From NCBI RefSeq assembly GCF_001194135.2, contig NC_068991.1, positions 50,459,499 through 50,505,114 on the forward strand: 45,616 nucleotides of DNA, given 5' to 3'. This document shows, in pieces, positions 37,415-45,616 of the stretch. The position numbers and the translations under genes are program-made. Source of the DNA: Octopus bimaculoides (lineage: Eukaryota). The notes under the pieces are model-generated. The model did no database searches. It saw nothing but the letters and a program-made list of their open reading frames with translations, and was not told the origin of the DNA. How positions within the stretch are numbered: position 1 is the first letter of the stretch; every line of letters starts with the position of its first letter.

Positions 37415-37833
37415 TTAATGTCATACCCAGGACATTGTGTGTGTGTGTGCGCGCGCGTGAGCACAAGTAGCGCAAAGCCACCTCACTCAATACAATCATT
37501 CACCTTAGCTTAGGGATCTTGCCCTGCAAGTTACTTGGTAAGCTCCCTGGTGCTGATGCCATGAAAAAAGCACCCAATATACCCTGTAAAAGAGGTTGAC
37601 ATTAAGAAGGTTAACCAGTTGCAGAAACCATGCCAAAGCAGATATTCTGTCGGAAGATAAACATTAAATGGAACAAGATGATGATGATGAACTCACAAAT
37701 ATATATGTACACACACACACACATATAGTACAATCTGTAAGTTATAGTGCAATAACTACTATATAAGTCAATTTATGCCAATGTATAAAATTATTATGCT
37801 CTAACAATAATAATACTAACAAAATACATTTAC

Positions 37834-37854
37834 CAGATAAGAAAACATTATCTT
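37834..37854 (-). CDS. Candidate 21-nt phase-1 microexon B (E-D-N-V-F-L-S), paralogue of A
   Basis: ttttatag|AAGATAATGTTTTCTTATCTG|gtaaat. Flanks are nearly identical to copy A. Confidence 0.45.
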
Positions 37855-38215
37855 CTATAAAAGGTATTTTATTTCTAATTATTTATTTCTATTTTAATTC
37901 TAATTAAAATCTTAAATTCTAGAATCAATGAGATTTCTTCATCAATGCTACAATGTTTCATATTAAAGTTTACATCAGAAAACATCTGATTCGGAACATT
38001 TATTCATTAAATTTACCATAAGAGCATAAAAAAATATACTTCTTATTTAAAGTAAATTTTTCTCATTGAAGACGTAGAAAGAAAGAAATGAAAGGTACAT
38101 TAGTTAAAAGATACAGGAGGTTCTTAAAAACAGCTGTTAATCTTTCATATGTTGCATACATTGCTTAAATTAATGCATTCACAACACACATTAAGGTTTA
38201 CCTGAACACACACAC

Positions 38216-38495
38216 ATGTCCATCCATCCATCCATCTACTATTCATAGGAGTATCATGGGACTAGAGGCCTCAAGCACCTCCGCCATAGTGTCCTATCAG
38301 AAGCAACTGTGATTACACTTTCCAGCTGAATTCTTGAACATGAACATCTGAGACAATGGATATTATCCAGTTGTCTCATTCTTGGTCTACCTCTAGGTCT
38401 CCTGCCAGTTGGCTTTGCTTGAAGAAATTTGTCTGGTGATTCTTTCATACAACATCTTAATCACATGTCCATAATACCAAAGCTGGGACCCTTCA
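38216..38495 (-). mobile_element. Second RTE-type LINE family, C-terminus, copy 2
   Basis: Near-identical to 36007-36290. Confidence 0.7.
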
Positions 38496-39112
38496 ATGCA
38501 GCTTAGTAACTGACCTAGAGAGAACCCCTGATCTCTGAGCTACATGCCCTGTCAAGTAGTATTACTCAGATGATCCTTTGAAGGAGCCCCATTTCAGCCC
38601 CTTGCATTTGCTCCTGGGCTTTTCATCTTGCCTGTGCTAAGTAGTTCCAAAATGAAAGTTAGTCCAAGTAATCCAATCCCACTCTTCAGATTTTGACGTC
38701 TGACTACAGAGGCTCAGCAGGCCAAGATGGTGACCAGCATGCTGTAGGTTTTACACTGGAGTGGCCTTCTCCTACAGAACCTTAAATGGTGGGAGGGATA
38801 CACCAACACTGAAGTTGTTGGAAGGGTGTGAAAGAGGGCACTGGACTGCCTGAGGGACTCCAATCCTTCATTTTATGTCAAAATTGTCTCCCTTAACCTT
38901 TTCCTTTACCTCACTCGCGAGATAGTGAGGATTTGTGCTGCTTGGACTTTCTTCCATAACATACTAATTAACCCACAGTTAGGACCCCGACAGGTGCTAC
39001 TACTCCAAGACCCAGGAACAATAATGAATAACAGATGGTTCTACATTCCCCAAGACTATACCTGGTAGTGGGTAGAGCCATATATATATATATATATATA
39101 CGAATAGACATA

Positions 39113-40982
39113 CAGTGGTAACTTGACTTACGAGAGTCCCAACCAACAAGTTTTCCAAGATATGAGCCGGCTCTTGGCTGATTTTTTGCTTTGAGTTGCG
39201 AGCTAAAATTCGGGTTACGAGTCAGCTTCAGATACTCCACCACTAATTGGCATAGCGAACGCCACAATGAATGCTGTAACATCTGTCCAGCATCTCGCAT
39301 CTCACTTGATAGTTAGACAGACATCCATGCTAGCAAGTGCGGAGATCATCAGTAGATCGATAGCTAGACAGACATGTGCATTAGCAAGTGCGAAGATCGT
39401 TAGTTAGACAGGTGGTAAAATGCTTACTTGGTCGTTGCAGGCTACAGAAGCATCAGTGTTGTGCTTGCAGTTATTTTACAAAACTTTGTTTTTCCAACCA
39501 TGGGTCCGAAAAAAGCGAGTGCAAAGAAGAAGTGGATGATGTACATTGAATTAAAGAACAAAATTATCAAAAAAAACATGACCAATGTGTGCAGGTAGTC
39601 AACATGGCAAAGCAGTACAAGCGTAGAACTTCAATCTGCACCATACTAAAGCAGAAGGAGTCAATAAAGGCTATAACGTCAGAGAAAGGGTGTTAAAACA
39701 ATTTCTAAACAGCAAACATCTATCCATGAAAATATGGAGAAGCTGCTGATGGTGTAGTTGATGGAGAAGCAGTTTGCAGGAGATACCATGACGGAAGCTA
39801 TAATCTGTGAGAATGCATGAGCTATTTATGCTGATTTGCTGCAGCAGACCACAGGCACTTGTCTGGACGAGGCATCAGGCGAGCTGTTTAAAGCTAGTTG
39901 GGGCTGGTTTGAGAATTTTAAAAACTGGACTGGCATTCACCCCCTTGTCAGGCAAGGTGAGGCAGTGAGAGCAGATATGAAGGCAGATGAAGATTACCTC
40001 AAAACCTATGCCAGAATTATAGCAGCCGAAGGATACACCCCCCAGCATGTCTTCAAATGTGATGAGACAGGTCGTTTTTTGGAAGCAGATGTCAAGGAGG
40101 ACTTATATAACAGCAGAGGAGAAGAGAATGCCAGACCACAAACCCATGAAAGATAGGCAAATGCTCCCACTGTGTGCCAATGCAAGCGGTGATTGCAATA
40201 TTAAGCCGCTACTCTTTTATCGTTTGGAAAACACCAGAGCCTTTAAGTCACATAAGATTCTCAAAGGAAAACTGCAGGTTATGTGGAAGGCAAGTCCAAG
40301 GGTGTGGGTCACCATGTAGTTCTCTGTGGAGTGGGTGAATTTGGTCTTTGGTCCTGACATTAGGAAATATCTCCAGGAAAATAAGCTACCACTGCAAGTC
40401 CTTCTCATTCTGGACAATGGACCTACTCACCCACCTAACCTCAAAGGGTTCAAGTTTATAAACGTTCTCTACCTTCCACCCAACACCACCCCTATCCTGC
40501 AGTCCAGGGATCAGCAGGAGATCTCTAATTTCAAGAAGCTCTTCACTAAGCACCTCTTCTGCTGCTGCTTTGAGGTGACAGAGAACACAGACCTCACCCT
40601 TCGAGAGTTCTGGATGGACCACTATAACATTGCAATATGTCTCAGAATTATTGACATGGCCTGGCAGGGTGTTACAAAGAGGACCTTGACCTCTGCATGG
40701 AAGAAGCTGTGGACTGAGGTTGTGTCTTAAACGGACTTTGAAAGACTTGAACCCGAAGCAGCAGAGGTGGAGGAGATTGTATCCCTTGGCAAGTCCATGG
40801 GCCTGGACGTGGATGAAGGTGACATCAATAAGCTTATCGAGGACCACTCCAAGGAACTGACATTGGAAGAGCTAAAGGGGTTACAGATGCAGCAGCACAT
40901 GGAGGTTTTGCAGGAAATAGGTGATGTGGAGGAGACGGAGGAGGTTATTTCCACAAATGCAATAAAGGAAATGTTGGAATTC
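39113..40982 (+). pseudogene. Tigger/pogo (TIGD1-like) DNA transposon relic, 3' TIR missing
   Basis: TA plus TIR-like cagtggtaacttgacttacgag. Broken ORF from MGPKKAS (~39500) with FKASWGWFENFK (CENP-B HTH), VFKCDETG, LLILDNGPTHP and LPPNTTPILQ..DQ (DDE_1 motifs). Multiple frameshifts. Confidence 0.9.
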
Positions 40983-41449
40983 AACCTGCTTCTCATCATT
41001 CCATACCAACTTAAAAGTTATCTGGTTCCTTCCTATTGTCTGTTCTTCCCATCATGCCATGCTGAATTGTTTCTTCGACTCAGAAGAAAGAAAGAAAGAG
41101 GGAGGGAGGGAGAAAGAAAGGCAGGAAGGAAGGAAAGAAAGAAAGAAGACAGACTGAAAGAGAGGAACTATTATAGAGGGTGAGAGAGAAAATATGGAAG
41201 CAAGAGAAACAGAAAATGAAAAGAGGGAGAGATTCAGTTGAAAACTGCAGGTGTTACAGAAAAACCTGTGCAAAACACCATTTTTCCTGATTTCTCACTT
41301 TACCTGGGAGCTCTGGGCAAAAAACTTATTGTGCATGATTACCCTTGGCACATAAGTAATGTGTGTGTAAAGTCTGGAGAAAATCGGTTGAAAACTGTAG
41401 AGATGTATACATATTAAATACACAGACAGCCTTTGTTTTATATTGATAT

Positions 41450-41702
41450 TTATTCTTTAACTTGTTTCAGTCATTGGGAGGACAAACACAGACACAAACA
41501 TATACACACACATACATATATATATATACATATATATACGACGGGCTTCTTTCAGTTTCCGCCTACCAAATCCACTCACAAGGCTTTGGTCGGCCCAAGG
41601 CTATAGTAGAAGACACTTGCCCAAGGTGCCACGCAGTGGGAATGAACCCGGAACCATGTGGTTGGTAAGCAAGCTACTTACCACACAGCCACTCCTGCGC
41701 CT
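41450..41702 (-). mobile_element. SINE family 1 with internal deletion
   Basis: Intact head; most of the 3' body is deleted between cagtcatt and gggaggacaaac. Confidence 0.85.
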
Positions 41703-42919
41703 TCAAAACTGAGGCATTTAGTAACAGACTGTTGTAAGCATTACAACATAAAAACCGAGAAAAACACAAAGTTTTGTGACTTTCAGAATGCAATATCTCG
41801 GCAAGGAATGAAGTTAGAAAGCTGATTTTGGTCTGAAAATGACCGTGAAGACCTCCTCTAATCATTCCACCTACGTAAAATTATTTATTTATATATGCAT
41901 CAGAAGGATGAAACAACGACTGTGCCTTTCTTATTTTGTAGAATATACTGGTGCTATGAAACGGTGTATCGCATTGCATATTTCAGCCATAATGCCTACA
42001 AAAAACATACAGAGACTCCACCAAAGGTATAGTTTGTGTTTCTATATACCAAGGCAAGTATCTTTAAGTAAGACAAAATAGTAAGATAATAACCCATTAT
42101 TGTTATGATGGTAACAAGTTATATTAGAAAATGAGTCACAACACTTTGTAAATGATACAGGGACCACAGCAAAGTTATTGATTGAGTGTGTGTGCTTACG
42201 ATGGTGTATTACTAAACTCTCTGGTTCAAGCCACACTGGTTCTTCTAACTTTTTCGGATTCTAGATGTCGAGACAAAGAAAATAATATACTAACCTTGAA
42301 AATGGCCAGGGTGGCGCTTACGACACTTTGTTGTTAAAACGCCTCAATTAACATGAACTACAGGAAACCTACATTATCAGATCTGATTGACATTCAATTG
42401 TAATGTCAAGGAAAGTCCATCTGGAGAGATCACTTCATCTCCAAGCAGACACCCTGTTGAGTAATGTTACTCCAGAGATCCTTCAGAGGAGCCCTATTTC
42501 AACTGCTTATGTTCACAATTGTACTCTTTCAGTCATTACTAAACATTCATCACACACACACACACACACACACACATGCATGTACAATTCAATTAGCACA
42601 AAGCCACCTCTCTCAATGGAATCCCCTTACATAGTTGGAGGGTCTTGTGTTGCAAGTTACTTGATAAATTACTCACTAGAGGTGGTGCTGAAAAAAACCC
42701 CCCACCAAAAAGAGGCTATAAAGTGCACAAGAAAGGCATCCAGGATGTAGAAACCATGGCAAAGCTGACACTGGTGCTCCATACAATCTTCTGGCTTATT
42801 GGTTCCTGTTAAACCTTCCAAGCCATGCCAGTATGGAAAAAGGATATTAAAAGATGAAGGAGGACAAGAAGATATATAATACATACAATATATGTATATA
42901 TTATATTCATGCATATACA

Positions 42920-43110
42920 ATCATCATCACTTAATGTTCTCCTTTCATGCGGGCTTGGGCTGGACAGTTTGACAGGAACTGACAAGCTACAGGACTGTGA
43001 CAAGCCTAACCGTCTGTTTTGGCATGGTTTCTATGGCCAGATATCCTTCCTAATGCCAACCACTTCACAGAGTGTAATGGGTATTTTTTGCGGCACTGGC
43101 ACCAGAGAGG
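42920..43110 (-). mobile_element. RTE LINE 3'UTR, decayed
   Basis: catcatc tail and recognisable UTR motifs. Further decayed pieces at ~18490-18590, 31660-31790, 35740-35860, 37520-37690 and 42630-42860. Confidence 0.65.
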
Positions 43111-43409
43111 TCCACCAGAAACTTGTAAGACCCATCTCAAATGAGGGTGTGTCAGTATTGAAGGAGGGTGCCTTATGTTAGCCGGTGTGTGGTTAAGTGT
43201 ATGATAGATAGAAACAAGTGTCTTGCAGTAGAGGAGATACATGGCAACCCTGGTGGAAAAATGTGGGAAGATGATACAGAGGTGCCAGAGCATATCCTTA
43301 AGTTACAGAAAGGTGAACATTAGAGAAATAGCCCAGAGGTGAGTTTGGAAAGAGAAAATGAGTAGGTAAGAACATAAAATTGTGAAAGAAGAGTGGTAAC
43401 TATCTATCT

Positions 43410-43765
43410 ATAGCGTAATCGTTACTAGCGTTGCCTTCTAGCACTTGTGCTGGTGGCCTGTTAGAAAATCATTAGAGTGAGATCGTTGCCAGTGCCGCTG
43501 GACTGGCTCCCATGCAGGTGGTACGTAAAAAACACCTTTTTAAGCATGGCCGTTGCCAGTACTGTGTGACTGGCCCTCGTGCCGGTGGCACATAAAAGCA
43601 CCCACTACACTCTCGGAGTGGTTGGCATGAGGAAGGGCATCCAGCTGTAGAAACTCTGCCATATCAGATTGGAGCCTGGAGCAGTCTTCTGGCTTGCCAG
43701 TCCTCAGTCAAATCGTCCAACCCATGCTAGCATGGAAAGCGGACATAAAACGATGATGATGATGA
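43410..43765 (+). mobile_element. RTE LINE 3'UTR and (GAT)n tail
   Basis: Same family, with several tandem UTR modules. Confidence 0.85.
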
Positions 43766-44376
43766 AGAGAGAGAGAGAGAGTGCATAACAAAATTTTACA
43801 AGGAAAAGGTTGAAAGTGAATTTGAACTTTTGGTATACTTGTCATCTTTTGACAGTGGTTTACTTTGGTCTATTTGGCTTTAAAAAGCTTTTGGCAAGGT
43901 GTACCTTTCACTGGGCATGCCAGTGGCAGGTGAGAGTGTTGTGAATAAGAATCAGGTGTAGTATGGGTAGGCAGAAGAGGTTATGTAGTGAAGGGTGGCG
44001 AAGGAAAAGGATTGTAGGAAAATATGTTTGTTGGGTTTGGATTAAAGGGGGGGGGGCAGACTGTTATTCTAGTTTGATAGTTAAGTCTCCTTTCATTTAG
44101 GGTTCAGTCAAGCACATAGGTCACCAAGTAAACTAATGTGTCAAATCACATCATAAGTTGTGCTGTTTCATGTCAGCTCTGTGACTAATCAAGATTCTTT
44201 GTCTATAAGGATGGTTTTCTGCTATTTTAGGGTTAACAAAGGAATATTTATTGCAAATAAGATATCAGTTTGCTTTCTTACACAGCATTGGACACATATA
44301 CACACACACACACATCTATCAATATATAATATATATATATATATATACTTTATTTAAAAGCAGCAGAAATAACAAA

Positions 44377-44422
44377 AAAACCGTTACTCTGAGTGTCACG
44401 TTCCCGTTCATCGGACAGTTTT
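44377..44422 (-). ncRNA. Type I hammerhead-like motif, left arm of palindrome
   Basis: Mirror copy with a perfect stem II (ACG/CGU) and the same two core substitutions. Confidence 0.55.
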
Positions 44423-44456
44423 GTTAGAAATGGAGAATCCTTTCTCCATTTCTAAC

Positions 44457-44502
44457 AAAACTGTCCGATGAACGGGAATGTGACACTCAGAGTAACGGTT
44501 TT
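44457..44502 (+). ncRNA. Type I hammerhead-like motif, right arm of palindrome, two core substitutions
   Basis: AAAACUGU-CCGAUGA-ACG GGAA UGU-GAC-ACUC A GAGU-A/ACGGUUUU. 8-bp stem I; core shows U4C and A14C. Confidence 0.55.
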
Positions 44503-44599
44503 TTTGTTATATTTCTGCTGCTTTTAAATAAAGCATATTACTCTACCTCTGGTATTTGAGTACTCTTTTTTCCACCTTGTTGCACATTTCATGTGCTTA

Positions 44600-44850
44600 C
44601 TCCGGTATATATATATATATATATATAAATGTATACATATATACACATACATATACTCACATATATATACATGCATACATATACACACATACATACACAC
44701 ACATATATACACATATACATACATATACATATACATATATACACATATTCATGCATAACATACATACACACACATACATACATATACACATACATATATA
44801 CACACACACACACACATATATATATACACACACACACACACATATATACA
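44600..44850. repeat. Compound (TA)/(CA)/(TACA) microsatellite, representative of many in the window
   Basis: Similar tracts at 55-190, 7490-7545, 8133-8210, 12340-12392, 13161-13225, 14654-14720, 18588-18670, 36470-36600 and 45355-45616. Most N gaps abut such tracts. Confidence 0.95.
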
Positions 44851-45369
44851 GCTGCATCCTCGTTACGCGAGAAAATCTATTGCCACAAAGACTTACTGAA
44901 ATGATTCATGATTGTTGCCATGTGATGCCCTTATATGACTTTTAAGCCCCGCCAAGTTTTTACACTTTTTATTACATATTAGACAACTGTGCTGGCTGGC
45001 AGGAGAAAAAGGTGCCACCATACGCACAGTCTTAACATGTCTTTTTAGACCTCCGACTCAGAGGCACACCCTATTACGAAATTTAATAGCCACATCATTA
45101 TTTATCATGGGTCGATTTCTATAAGAGTTTTGATGGCTCACCAGCCCTGCATGGCTCAAACACATCCGCCACAAACCACACACGTAAAAAGCAACACTCT
45201 CATTTTCCACAGGTTCTCCCATTCTAAGACCCCTTCTAATTCTCTCATACTTCACTCTCCCCTTCTCAAACCTTCAACAACCTTACAGTTAGATTTTGGT
45301 TGGGCAAAGACTAGAAGGACACTGATATAAAACCTACAACTGAAAATGCACGGACACAGACACACACAC

Positions 45370-45418
<49 letters not shown>

Positions 45419-45616
45419 TGTATACATACATATACACGTATATACACAAATACATGTATATATACATACATAATACATACCTATACATATATATACACAT
45501 ATTCATACATATACATACATATAGACATACATAAATATAAACACATATATATAAAATACATATATACATGTATATGTATATATATATACACATTCATATA
45601 TAAAGATATATATATA

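Larger units (their letters stand above)
33963..38495. repeat. Local segmental duplication: copy A ~33963-36290 (interrupted), copy B ~37810-38495
   Basis: Diverged AT-rich blocks are shared, plus a near-identical ~320-bp block (35965-36290 vs 38174-38495). Confidence 0.85.
44348..44533. repeat. Near-perfect 186-bp palindrome
   Basis: Arms 44348-44437 and 44442-44533 with a 4-nt loop (tcct). Confidence 0.95.

Noticed and set aside
44524-45593. YI/CV/HT-rich ORFs
   Set aside because: Translations of (TA)n, (CA)n and (TACA)n microsatellites.
1-45616. CRISPR arrays, operons or other prokaryotic systems
   Set aside because: No regular repeat-spacer array and no gene-dense coding; the DNA is clearly eukaryotic, intronic or intergenic.

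Overview
AT-rich, microsatellite-dense animal scaffold with 9 N gaps. The repeat content suggests an octopus or other cephalopod (inference). Most ORF-track entries are gap, microsatellite or repeat artefacts. The one clear host gene is absent from the ORF track: an ADF/cofilin on the minus strand, with two visible coding exons (32997-33126 and 27542-27704). Its 5' exon(s) were not found. Upstream of it are two duplicated 21-nt phase-1 microexon candidates. The rest is nested, decayed mobile DNA: RTE LINEs whose RT carries an inserted PHD-type zinc finger, three tRNA-derived SINE families, hAT and TTAA MITEs, a Tigger transposase relic, a CRE-clade RT fragment and a Penelope-like GIY-YIG relic. 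The most striking unannotated signal is a set of fold-back palindromes and inverted repeats that contain, or are centred on, Penelope-type type I hammerhead ribozyme motifs, plus one hammerhead with an intact core outside any palindrome. All alignments and folds were done by eye; no searches were run.
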